A DNA stretch of 60,668 bases, filler included, from Sphacelaria rigidula (taxonomy: Eukaryota), in assembly GCA_964200075.2 (NCBI GenBank). It is 10 parts of 10 records of this genome, joined end to end, with 100 filler letters (N's around TTAATTAATTAA, not from the genome) between each part and the next. Parts side by side here need not be neighbours in the genome. Positions count along the whole stretch, not along the records: positions 1 to 5,977 come from CAXNAA020023058.1; positions 6,078 to 12,054 come from CAXNAA020023059.1; 8 more parts are not named here. One strand, 5' to 3'. Positions within the stretch are counted from its first letter, which is position 1. Every line of letters begins with the position of its first letter. The notes beneath the pieces were generated by a model. It searched no databases. It saw only the letters and a list, made by a program, of their open reading frames with translations, and was not told where the DNA came from. The position numbers and the translations under genes are program-made. Shown here one piece after another: positions 1 to 11,625 of the stretch.

Positions 1-29
1 GGGGGGTGTGGGGAGGGGGGTGGGGGGGT

Positions 30-62
<33 letters not shown>

Positions 63-1633
63 GGGGGGGTGGGTTTTTATTCTTCCGGTTGGTTGAAAGC
101 TGATGAGCAACCACTTGTAAGGACGAGAAAAAAACGGGGGAAACGCCAGAATCGCTCTAATCCTCACGGCGCGTCCTCAATTCTCTTGTTCGGTTCACGA
201 GTAAAACAGGCCCTGATACTGCGTCTATACCAATGCGACAGACTTCAAAGGCTGAATCAACAAGGAGGAATACTGCACGCCATTCCACAGCACCCTCGTT
301 TTGCAAAGTGTACAGCAAAAAAAAGGGGGGGAAAATCTCCGCTCCATTATCTACAAGAAAAAAATCTTGGAAAATTCTCTCCCTACGCGGAAAAGTTCTC
401 AAGTTCTCCGATGGCCAAAAGAATCGCTTCAGCAGGGTTTGCCGTCTAATCGCTTTGTCGAGGGGATAGGGAAGGCGGGAACATGAAGAACATGAATCAC
501 GAGCTTTATGTCATGTTCAACTGCATGTACACAACCGCCCTACTTGTGATGCCAAGACGGCGTGTATGTTCTCCTTCACTTTGCAAAGGTGAAGTGCACA
601 CAACGAAATGGGATAAGTGCGGGGAGACGCAGAGGGCTAGGGGATTCGTTTGCCTTGGTTGATCCTCTCACAAAGCGGGTATAATCAAAAACACTTGGGG
701 CTTGCATCTTCTCGCACCGCGAGGTGATGAATCCCAGGCCGACATGACAACCCCAGCGGTGTGGCTCCCACGTACGGTGAGTACGCTAAAATATGCAGTT
801 GTGGCTAGCAGGTGTCTTCAGTCGGGCGAGTTGCTTGATGTTTTCCTTCAGCTAATAGCCTCTCAATGTCTCGTGGGTTTCGACATACGGAGGGACAAAA
901 AACTTGTTCATCTCGGTGGGTCATTTTACAGGGTCAATTATCACTATTATTATAAAAAATGATGCGAAAATAGACTCGCCGACTTCAGTACGCGCGTGCA
1001 TGTTACCATACTGTATGTACACTGACAACACCTCAACACCTCCGTTACAAACCCGGGCAAACGAAACCGTTATCTGCCGACTTGCATCCGATCGCGGTAA
1101 ATGGAATGCCGACATGATTGTTTCGATGAGGACTCTTTGGTGTGGAGGTACTCATCGGTAACGACGACCGTTATTTTTCGGTGGACGATGGCGCCGGCCG
1201 GAGCTACATAGAGACCTCACACCACCAGGCAGGTTGTAGTAAAAACAAGCGAGGAAAGATAACACACAACTTTTCAGCTCAAATAACGTGCCAACCCAGG
1301 GAGGAGCGCGTGGGATTTGAAACAGCCCGCGTTATCCCTTTCATTCAATCCCACGCCTCTCTCCTCTCTATCCGACAGGCCATTACATACGATGTCGTTT
1401 ACTAGGTCGAGATTGCCCAAGAAGTCAGTCTTGCGCGTTGTGGCCTATGTACCACTGTAGGACATGGGTTTATTGTTATGCAGGACATGGGTAATAATGC
1501 AAAACTGCCCACAAGTCTCAAGACGATATTTTATGCACCACGACCCGAAATGACGAGGACAACAGACAACACACATTTCCCACACACTCCAAGAGAGCTG
1601 CAGTACAATGAGACAAAACAACATTTCACTTAC

Positions 1634-1691
1634 ATGTGCCGAAGCCCGTTCCTGATGAAGCCCCAAAACCACCCCCTCCACTCCCAAACAT
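1634..1691 (-). CDS. Tentative first exon, FG/Gly-rich N-terminus (MFGSGGGGFGASSGTGFGT), FG-nucleoporin-like
   Basis: ATG at 1691 in GCGATG context, 19 codons with three FG motifs, then a canonical GTAAGT donor at 1633-1628 (phase 1). No convincing downstream exon identified. Confidence 0.35.
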
Positions 1692-2183
1692 CGCGCCTTT
1701 CCTCACGTGTCTTCCAATAACTCAAATGAGGCTAGGCTTGTGAGGGTCCAAGACGCCTTACTCGCCACTTTCGATCTTGACTTTATAGAGTCTCTCTCTG
1801 GTCGGTAATGAGGTGCACGAGAGCGAACAGAGATGAATCGATGGGGTGGGGCTCAGGCTATCCTCCCCAATCGATGTCAGCCTTTGCTCCTCTTCTTGAT
1901 AAGTTTCCAATTTTTCAGTGTAGCACAATGCTCGTCCAACAGCAGGTTTTTATACAACTGAAGATGGTGCTATCAGTACACCACTACAGTTTGTATCGCT
2001 CTGTTGCGGGCGCTAGTTCCCGTGGTGTGTGTGTATTTGATATAATATCATTGTTTGTATAGAGGCGTGTTTGAGTCAACAAATAATGACTAACTGCGGG
2101 AGTATGATTCGTCGAACACCACCCCCCTTTCTTCCCCCCCTGCATTACCAACACAACAACGTGGCTGACACAACACATGCACA

Positions 2184-2432
2184 ATGGGGATCGGAAATGC
2201 TTCCGCATTGATTCAGTTCATCTTCATTATTACCGCGCTGGCCACGGCTGTTGTTGGTTTTGTGACGCCCGGCGGTCAAACTCGGACAAGGGGAGCATGT
2301 CGCGCGTCGTCACTCCTCGCAACAACTTCGTCCCTACCTGCATCACCGCTTGCAGCATTAGGGGGCGGCGGGGGCAGCCGAGTGCAGCGATGGAGCTACG
2401 CTTCCCGCAGCGGTGAATGCATTCTTCGCATG
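2184..2432 (+). CDS. Tentative first exon encoding a bipartite plastid-targeting presequence (signal peptide + transit peptide)
   Basis: MGIGNASALIQFIFIITALATAVVG|FVTP: hydrophobic signal peptide followed by Phe (ASAFAP-like), then an S/T/R/A-rich stretch nearly devoid of acidic residues ending LRM; GTGCGC donor at 2433 followed by a TG-rich intron. Possible phase-0 36-nt exon at 2780-2815 (VIEQMMQVMKKT) is weaker. Confidence 0.5.
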
Positions 2433-3597
2433 GTGCGCATTTGTATGTGTGTATGTGTGTATGTGTGCTTTGGTGGCTTAGGTGGCAGATGCATGCATTG
2501 CCTACATGCTGTGTCCGGTGATAGACAGCGGCGGTATGTGTAACGCAAGATACCCCTGAGCGTGCAGAAGAAGCAGACGTATCGGTACAGCAGTGCTCCA
2601 GCAAGACTGGAATTCGAACGGTGCAGTACAAGTCAGTTCCCCGTTCAACTGTAACTGGCTTTTAGCCACCATACGCCCGCATTGTAATGACATTGGCGGG
2701 AAGAGAGATGCAGAGTACTATGGTAATGACTACTGCCTGTTTTGCGCGTCAAAGATACATGATCTGTCGGCGTTTTCAGGTTATTGAGCAAATGATGCAA
2801 GTGATGAAGAAGACGGTGTATATAAAACAGTACAGGACAACTGCCAGCACATGAACATCTACACCCGAGCGACTGCTGCTGCGTTGCTTGCTTCCTGTGT
2901 CTGTTGTGGTACCACTGAACCATACTGTTTTACCGTATGCACTGTGCTATACATGTACAACTGTAGTACACATGTGCCAACTACAGTGGAGGTAATGGCC
3001 CTGTAAAGTACGGGATCATACGATAATAGTGCGGTCACCCAAATTTGATGGAACTCCCAGGGATTACTGTCCGCAGCATTGTTGTAGCTGAGCGTGGATG
3101 CCTGGCACACGCTTCGAAGAGTCCCGTGAGTAAGAGTCTGCAGCGGTGTATATGGCTGTGCTGCGCTGTGCCGTCTGCGTAAGGATCTGTCTTGATCCTG
3201 TAGCGACCAATTCGCAAACAGGGGTACATGCAAGGTACGGCGTACTACAACTGTAGATTCGAAATGTTCCGAAGAGGCTGAACCAATCACATGAACAGAT
3301 AGCGCACATCCTAGGCTTGAACACAACAAAAAGCGGTGTCAATGGATAAAAAATGGCGAGGGAAAGGTTGCCAGGTGCAACCGCACCTTACCAGGCACTC
3401 ACGGTTAAGGCCGTGTCTCATCGGACTGAAGAGAAAAACAGAGAACAGCAAAGCAAGGACCCAAATGCGGCATGTTGATCGGTCATCTCGCCGGGTGATG
3501 TCGCGGCGACCAATCAACATGCTGCATTTAGGTGCTTGCTTTTGCTCTTCGCTGTTTTTCATCTGTCCGTTAAGATTGACCCTGAGGGCGTATCTCA

Positions 3598-3721
3598 GCA
3601 CATTACTTTTGGATCGAAACTGTGCGCTGGAACATACTATCGTCAATCATGTTGAAAGCACGACCTATCGGATCGGAATTTTCCTTTTCCACCGCACATT
3701 TTCGATCGAAAAGTAATGTGC
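3598..3721. mobile_element. Small MITE-like foldback
   Basis: GCACATTACTTTTGGATCGAAACTGTGCG pairs with CGCACATTTTCGATCGAAAAGTAATGTGC (~29-bp imperfect TIR); no clear TSD. Confidence 0.6.
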
Positions 3722-4936
3722 GAAGACACGCCCCAAGAGGACGTCGGTTCCTAGCGCAGTACGCTCTGGGGTGAATCAGTTGATTTTAGTACAGAGCTTA
3801 GCCGCTGAAGCACCGGCCATAACCCGGGCCCGTCGGAGGCATTGTCAACTTGCTTGCACACAGTGAAACCGAAACAACTGGCATGCCATCCCGAGGACGA
3901 GCTGAACAAGTACACCAAAACAGACTGGCACAGCAATGGCGCTGTCTAGTACACCCCCAGACCCTGAGCAGCCGGCCTTGGTTCACGCGAGTTGACGGTG
4001 TGACGGTCGTGTACAATTGTGACGATCGCCAGTAGTCGACCTTCCTCCCTTTCCTCCTTGGCGCACGCGAAAAAATACATATCTGCTGCTGACCGTATCC
4101 TGTATTTGCGAAGGAGATCGAGCGGCGGATCCAATGTTGAGTGTGCATGTCCGTCGATGAAAAACCTGCTTTTTTGGCAGCTCACGCACGCCACCTCCGC
4201 CCAAGGCCGTCAGCATCTCACCGCAGCGATGGGAACTGCGACCACGGACACACCGTGCTTGCTGTGGACTAGACAATCCCGACACACGTCGCTGCTACAC
4301 AGGCATCCTGCGGGAGTAAACCGTGCCTGCGAAGTGGTGCACAAGTAATTTCTTGATCGCACAATGTTCTGCCGGAAGATGGCGGGATTGTCACCGCTAC
4401 TGCTGCTGCTGGGCAACAACAGTGCTGCTCACTACTGTTTCCTGACCCCCACATGTACATATTATCAAGTATCACGTCATGCATATTGCTTGCTCGTGAT
4501 TTCCCATGCCGTTGGTTCATAGCAGCTGAAGACGACCCCCGGATAGGCTTTTTTTGTCGATATAATAGTAGGCCACGGCTGCTGAAGGGTTAATAGGACC
4601 CACGAAGGGGCGAAAAACAAACGTGTGGCGATTAGCGCCCCAGTGATGAAGTATCTACGATATCTCCTTCACGAAAAGGAACATCGGTGTTTTTAATTTC
4701 TGGAAAAGACTTTCGAAATCTGTTGAAAATGATTTGAAATCTATTCTAAAATCGCTCCGCACGTATGAGAACATCACTCCATCAGTGTTGAGATGTGTCA
4801 ACATTACGGGGCGCCTGTGCCGATGGAAAGTGTCTTTATGGGGCAACACTGAGGAGAGGCCAGGATTGAAAGACGAAGTCCCATTCCAAGGATTCGAAAA
4901 AGGGAACTGAGGAATGACGATCGAAGTTGTGTACGT

Positions 4937-5305
4937 TGTGTGTGGGTGTGTAGTCATCCCGTCTATTCTGGACGCCAGTCTACACCTTTTGGTATGTGTG
5001 GGCGCATCAGCGGGGTCACGCAGGAGGAAGGCCAGCACATGAGTTTATCTTTCTTTATTTCGTTTTGGTGCCCCACCCTCCCTCTGCGGTGCTTGCCTTC
5101 TTCAATCAGGATAGCGGTTCGGCAGTCCCTTTCCCTCGTCGACCGTGAAGTCAAGTTTTGTGTACCCACGACATAGTCGCTCTCCACTGTTGGGCATGGT
5201 GTGAGGAAAACAAAAACATATCGTGTGACTGCACCGAAATTCGAACCCACGATCCAACCGTCAGAATGTTTCGAGGTTACCGACTGAGCCACCAGGGCGA
5301 CCGGC
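4937..5305 (-). mobile_element. tRNA-derived SINE, full-length copy
   Basis: Minus-strand head GCCGGTCGCCCTGGTGGCTCAGTCGGT (A box) ... GGGTTCGAATTT (B box), body, (CA)n-like tail. Other copies or fragments at 11285-11625, 17300-17344, 42370-42439, 42540-42610 and ~56655-56750. Confidence 0.8.
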
Positions 5306-5977
5306 TATCGATCCCAAAAAAAACAAGAGGTCGATGGTGTACATTTTGATGCCGATTATAGACTGTCTATGCTCTAACCCTTGGGCTGCGATCCCCCGGA
5401 GATGACCACCGATGACCCATGGCGCATATGGGATTCAAAGCGTTTTTTTTTTTTCAAAAGACGAGACGTTTTTTTTCGTGAACATGTGGATTTCAGTGCT
5501 ACAGAACCCGTGACTGTTTTCGAAAGACAAGTCACGTGCATGTGTGTGTATATATATAAATAAATAAATATGTGTGTATGTCTTCGCTGAGCTGTTTTCG
5601 TGGGGCACGTGCTTTCATGCTTTGCAAGTGGCACACGTTGGCAGCCACCACTGCTGCGATATATACAAATACCATACACCCCCCCCCCTCCCCCATCTAC
5701 GCTTTCTAGCAGCTTCCTGGTACCTTCAGGGCAGGGCTGGCACACCTCGAGCATGTATTGATCTTGCACGCGTGCCACTCGCAGTTCAGCGGATATACCT
5801 CAAGTTATATTTCTTCAAGCCAAACGCCGCCCTACTATTATTCGTCGACTGTCGTTACTAACGAAGTCCGAAAATAGGTACAAGAGCGGTACACACTATT
5901 TTGCGGGCCCACCTATCCACCTACTGCACCGCGCCCTGTGATCGGACCCCCCCCCCCCCCCCCCCCCCCTCCCCTCC

Positions 5978-6077
5978 NNNNNNNNNNNNNNNNNNNNNNN
6001 NNNNNNNNNNNNNNNNNNNNNTTAATTAATTAANNNNNNNNNNNNNNNNNNNNNNNNNNNNNNNNNNNNNNNNNNNN
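5978..6077. other. Artificial contig spacer 1 of 9 (44N-TTAATTAATTAA-44N)
   Basis: Identical 100-bp spacers with six-frame stops at 5978-6077, 12055-12154, 18132-18231, 24209-24308, 30286-30385, 36363-36462, 42440-42539, 48517-48616 and 54593-54692. Confidence 0.98.
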
Positions 6078-6788
6078 TCCTGAGACAGCAACGGCTTATA
6101 TACTGCCTCATGGGTGTCTCACCATTTAAACACTACGTAGTGCGATCAGTATCAAGGGGTGTTCGCACATACGTTCTGTACATTGCGTCGAAGTTTCACG
6201 AAAAACGACTCAAAATTGAGCCCGGGACTCGCGGGTCAACGTGCCTGCTCGCATCTTGGGCGGCCCAGCTCGTATGGAGGTAGTATTGTGGAGGTCGGCG
6301 TCGAGACAAAATGCCCCTTGCGTCTAATATTGCTGAAACTTCGTGTATATCTTGCGAAATATCACAGCTGGGTGTCAAGGCGACGGGTTCGGCGCCGCTA
6401 GGCGCTCAGGATGCTGTGTGGACTGAAATCAGTAGCGTTGACACTAGTTCGACCAAACCAAATGTATGGTTGAAACATACTCGAGTACTTGATTCGAGTG
6501 TGAATACCGATATTCGGATCTTTAGTGAGGCTGGCAGTCCTTAGTGCTCCTGATGTGCGCGGAACACGTTTTCAGATCGGCGCCTGGCGTCGATTTGCAG
6601 TCTGCCAACGCACATTTTGTCTCGGGTACTCTTTGCTGTCCCTTGCCCAAGGGTTTTTGGTATGCCTTGGTTGGAGTTAGGGTTAGTGTTCGCGTTCAGG
6701 ATAGCGTTATTCTGAAACATGTGCCAACCATGGCTTTCGTCAGACGAACTGGCGTAAACCCATCTCGTTGAAACGGTGGCTATCAGCA

Positions 6789-7653
6789 TACAGGCTGCGT
6801 CAGCTGACAGGGATTTTGAATGTATTTTGGCGATGCGGTGGGTAATTCGAAGAGTTAGGCGCTGAAATTTTGACACAACATTTTTATCATCACTACGCAC
6901 AACATTTCTGGGGGTGCATTGAAAAAAAAATGGGAAGTTAAAGCGATTCGAAGTTTCTGCAAAAACTAGAAAAATGCTATAATTTCGTGAAAAGAATAAA
7001 TACAGATGCACCCCCTGACATGTTGGGTGTAGTGATAAAAAAAATGTTATGTCAAAATTTCAGCGCCTCACTCTTCGAATTACCCACCGCATCCAATTTT
7101 TCGTGTGGCACCCGGTGGTCAAACTGGTATAACGGCCTTTTATTACAGAGGTCACGGGTTCGAATCCCGACACGGCCATTTTGTTTTTGCGCATAATCTG
7201 GTATAGCGCCTTGCATCTGGGGGGTGTATAGCGCGGTTTGAGGTAGTAGTTCTTCCTCTTACGGTGGTAAATGACCATCGGCTGGGATGTTCTCTCCCAT
7301 GATAAAGCTGTTGACAACCTTGATTCCATCTTGCAGCACCGCTCGTACCAGTGTGTTTTTGCCTGCGCATGTCGAGTCAACGCGTGCCTGTGTGGCGCAA
7401 TTCCCTACCGTGATTCCACCGCATTTCGTGAAACGACACGTCATCAGATACGCGATCACGCAACGACACGACACGTTCCCGGTACTCAATACAGTACAAT
7501 AACATCATCGCCAAAACTTCGCCAATCGACCAGCGGCGGCGCCGTGCATTACCAGGTTGGTCTGCAGTTCACAGCGATCTGAGCTGATTTGGTAAACTTG
7601 ACGAGTTATGGTTGAAGATGCAAATGCGGGATGTACTGCTGGCCCAGCTCGTA
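6789..7653 (+). mobile_element. Non-autonomous TA-targeting TIR element (Tc1/mariner-type ends) with internal tRNA-like sequence
   Basis: Ends TA-CAGGCTGCGTCAGC ... GCTGGCCCAGCTCG-TA; colinear with 20086-20679 and with 48042-48516 (reverse). Confidence 0.7.
7105..7178 (+). pseudogene. tRNA-like / Pol III promoter cassette inside a TIR element
   Basis: A-box-like TGGTCAAACTGG, perfect B box GGTTCGAATCC, GGC...GCCA ends, followed by TTTT; no proper anticodon arm, so not a functional tRNA gene. Confidence 0.6.
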
Positions 7654-8485
7654 ACCAGATTTTTTTCCATTCCACAATCGCTGTCCAATGAATGCCATAG
7701 GGGTGACAATTATGGGGGGGACCATACCAAACCGGCGAGGGGGCAAAAACGGATGCTGCCAGCTGTATCATAATGCTCAGCCCGCTCATGGATGGATGCT
7801 CGACGAAATACAGCTAACAAACATCGTCTGGGCTGGGTTACGTATCTTGAGGCACTGGGCTCAACGTGGCCGGTCCAACTCGCGCGACAGCTCCACGTGC
7901 AGATCCTCTCGCGCGAGCTGTGGGTCCTACCAAGGACCGCTGCAAAGCTATCTGGCGAGAAGCTACGTCCCAGACCAGACTTCCGCTACTGGCATCATAT
8001 CAGCCTGATACCCATGCAGGTGGTGGCTATTGTATTCTTCTCCCAGTATCGAGCTAGGGTAAGGTGGATCAAGGTTTGCACGCGAATTTCTCGGTGGCCC
8101 AGTAACTTTCACTTTGCCGAGCTGTTGCGGAGTATTTTTCCATCTCCCGTAACAAGGTGACACGTTATGCAAGTCTTGTTCCACGCCCGACGCCGTCAGT
8201 ATACAGTATTGGTGTGCACAGAGTTGCATCCGCGGCTCTGAGAGCACGTTTTGTGACGTTCCTCTTGCACCGGCTGATTCCTCCACCGAGGACCAATCCC
8301 TGCTGCGTCAGCTTTCCGTCCTGATTGTGACGACCGCTCTTCTCACAGCTGTTTTTTTTCTGGGCTCAGTACGATCTATACTGTGGAGCATGATTGCTTC
8401 AACTGCAGCGCGACAATTTGCCAAATAGAAAATAAAAATAAATAGAACGCGGGCCTGCTTATTATCGAAAAAATACCACGCTGGG

Positions 8486-8860
8486 ATGGCGCTGGTTTTC
8501 GGTGTGAACGTTCCTTAGGGCACGGGGAGACGACCAATACCCCCCACCTTCACCTAGTTCGTTGTCTATCGAGATGACTGTTTGAGGATAGTATACTGAA
8601 ATCAAGATGTTGCGAGGAGATGCATTAAATACACCAAGTCGGTATTGAGTGTCTCAGCTTCGAGAGTTTGTGGTTCGGAATTTGGTGGGAAGTATCTTCG
8701 CGATATCCAGTTAAGATGCACTTCGTATCTCTGCTGATAGTATATTAATTAGTGAAGAACAGTATGTGCACCATATTTCGAGATCTATAACGAATTAGGG
8801 GACGGTGGGGGTATCAATCGTTTCCCCGTGCCAGGGATCACACCAAAAATCATCATCATC
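8486..8860. repeat. Degenerate foldback / MITE
   Basis: GGCACGGGGAGACGACCAATACCCCCCACC (~8519-8548) is the imperfect reverse complement of GGTGGGGGTATCAATCGTTTCCCCGTGCC (~8804-8832); pairing extends on both sides. Confidence 0.65.
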
Positions 8861-10159
8861 CGCCGTACACATCGTTTGGGGTTTCATGTAGGCTGTGGTA
8901 TGATGGTCCCTGTTTCCGTATTGTATAGGAATCACTCGACATGGCGCTGACTAAAAGAGTAAAAATACCGCAGGATTTTGAGCAAATGGGCATCGTCCCT
9001 TTGGTTGGACAATTTATTTGATACGAGGATCAAGGCCTAATTTTCGTATGTGTCGATGAGATATGGTTATGGGAGCTTACTCGGCTTCCAGGCTGGCCCA
9101 GCTCGTACTGTCTGTGTAGGGCTGAAAAGGTTGCTTGAATATTCTACACACAGACTATTGATCTTTAGGCACCTCTTGGCCTGTGAAGTTCACCTCGTGC
9201 GGTGTGACAAATTTGTTCCAATCCCGCTGTGGTTCAGGGTTACAGGTAAGCCTTGGCCTCAAGAGCTTTCTTGTTCTTCTGTCAAGAGCTGTGACCCTTG
9301 CAAGCCTTGTGAGTGGCGCGGAACGGAGGGTTTCTCCTGGGGCTACGGCCGAGCACGTACCTGGCCGGTTAAATTGCAGATTCCCAGGGTCCTGGCGGAT
9401 GTGCAGGGTGTCGTGAAATTTGTAGATTTTACAGCCGTTCTAACTGTCTATAGCGACTACGTCCATCTGCAGGACTTCAACTGGCGAAAAAAACTATGTC
9501 ACATGCGTGTGTGTGTGTGTGTGCTTGTGCTCCTCGAAGCTGATCATTTTGCAGAGTTGAAGTAATGTAGGGCCTTCCTTGGTTAAAGTCGGTCCTTCGT
9601 CTAACTCTCAAGTGCGGCAGGTGGTATTGAAGTATGACTTTCTTGCGGGGACACCAACGAGACTGAGGGAGCGGTAACAAAATTGATAGTCATGCTGATT
9701 CTGACCACATTTTTGTTTTCCAAGGGTTCAGTACTCAGGACACGCGCAAATCGGGTATATAGTCGCATGCGCCCATCCCGTACTGCCGGTTGATCAATCT
9801 GATGTTGATACGAAAACATATCTGTCGTTGGCTTGACGCTGATATGTAGGGCATATTGGCGCGAGGGAGACATGAGGTACTCAATTGGCCGCCTTGGCCG
9901 AAGATTATCACTGGCGGTCGTGCGAGTACGTGTTTCATAGTGGTGATCACAGCGGGCTGTGAAACGTCGCCCAAGCAAGAGAAATCGAAAATAGCAAAAA
10001 TAGCGAGAATACCCCCCGCCCCCTGAAATGTGGAACAGTTCTTGTTTCACTCCACACCAAGAATTTGGGCGTCTTTTCAGACTGCTTCTTGGTTGCTTTC
10101 ATTCCGTCTTCGCTCGCATAAAAACTGATGCCACTCCGCTACTTGATCGAATTCGAGAG

Positions 10160-11021
10160 CTCTGCAAAATCCATAGATCCAAAACGCGATGTCTGTGATA
10201 CATCATATGGTTATTGTATTGTTTATCTTCGTCGCCGGTACTACAACGACTCACCACCATGCTTTGTTTGGGGTTCCTTGGGGAGGGGTGGAGGAGTGGT
10301 GCATCTCCTCTGCGGCCGTTATGGATGATCAATCTCCACCCGTGGCAGGGTCGACGGTGAGGGTGCTTTCCATGTCTACGAGAGGCTCATCGCGAGTCTC
10401 ATGGGAAACCACAAATTCTTGGACATTGTTATTTGCTTTCCTGTGATCATTCCTGCTGCCCCATCTTTTTGCCCACGCTGCTCGTGTTCCAGGTCATTGC
10501 TGGTGATTGCGGAACCAGAAAATGTAGCACGGATCAAGGAGAGCAGAGGAACGCTCCTTGTTGCTTCTAGTGTACGAATGATTGACCAATCATTCGTACA
10601 CTAGAAGCAACAAGGAGCGTTCCTCTGCTCTCCTTGATCCGTGCTACATTTGCTGGTTCCGCAATCACCAGCGATGACTTGGAACACGAGCAGCACGGCA
10701 AACAAGATGAAGCAGCAGGAATGATCACAGGTCAGCAAACAACGATGTCCAAGAGATTGTGGTTTCCCAAGAGACTCGCGATGAGCCTCTCGCAGACATG
10801 GGAAGCGGCCCCACCGTCGACCCTGCCACGGGTGGAGGTGAGTCATCCACGACGGCCCCAAGAGAGATGCATCACTCCTCCACCCCTCCCCCTAGAACCC
10901 CAAAGCATGACGGTGCGCCGTTGTAGAGTAAGGTGAAGTGCTATATACTGGCGACAAAGATACACAATACTGTAAGCATGGTGTATCACAGACATCGTGT
11001 CTTGGATCTGTGGATTTTGCA
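10160..11021. repeat. ~860-bp inverted repeat with a 2-nt spacer (10585-10586)
   Basis: 10520-10584 is the exact reverse complement of 10587-10651 (65 bp); arms stay alignable, with rising mismatches and indels, out to ~10160/11021. Confidence 0.95.
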
Positions 11022-11284
11022 GCGTTGAACCATGTGGTGGTATCATGTGCTTTCCCCGGCACCGCAGATAGTTGCCTCCTCGTGGAAGACAAGTGCTGTA
11101 CAGACTTTTCAGAGGGTGCGTGGCTGGCATCTGCTAGCATTCCACAACCTGGAATCTTGCTCGTTCTCGATCCCTGCTAAAAGCAATGCTTTGGCCTCGT
11201 TGGAAACGAAAGCTGATGGAATTACACTCTCCCTCACACAGATCCAGGGAAGGGGAGGATCAGTCACAGTACAGAACACCGCAG

Positions 11285-11625
11285 TGCGTGTTCGTGTTGC
11301 CATTCGATCTTTTCAGGACGGCAGCCTACACCTCAGTTTGGTGTATCTAGGTGGGCACATCAGCCGGGGTCACGGAGGAGGAATGCCAACACGGGAGTTA
11401 TTACTGTTCATTTTGTTTCAGTACTCAATCTTGTGCGGTGCTTTCCCTACTTTTTATCGCGAGAAGGGATGGGCGCTCTCTTTGCTTCGTCGACCGTGAT
11501 GTCGATCTTTGTGTACTCACGACATGGTCGCTCTCTACTGTGCCGTTGGCCGCCTGATGTGAGAAAATATTCCAGATCGTGTGAATTCGCCGAGTTCGAT
11601 TCGAACCCACGTCCCAACCGTCAGA
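11285..11625 (-). mobile_element. tRNA-derived SINE copy (A box missing)
   Basis: Colinear with 4940-5265, including TCGTCGACCGTGA...GTGTAC...CACGACAT...TCGCTCTC and the B box complement TTCGAACCCAC. Confidence 0.75.

Noticed and set aside
99..150. CTGATGAG hammerhead-like core
   Set aside because: No stem II closing onto CGAAA and no stems I/III visible.
6..449. 147-aa ORF starting with poly-Gly
   Set aside because: The Gly run is a G homopolymer at a contig end, and the rest has no recognisable motif.
7105..7178. Functional tRNA gene
   Set aside because: Acceptor and anticodon arms do not fold properly, and it sits inside a dispersed repeat with a diverged second copy.
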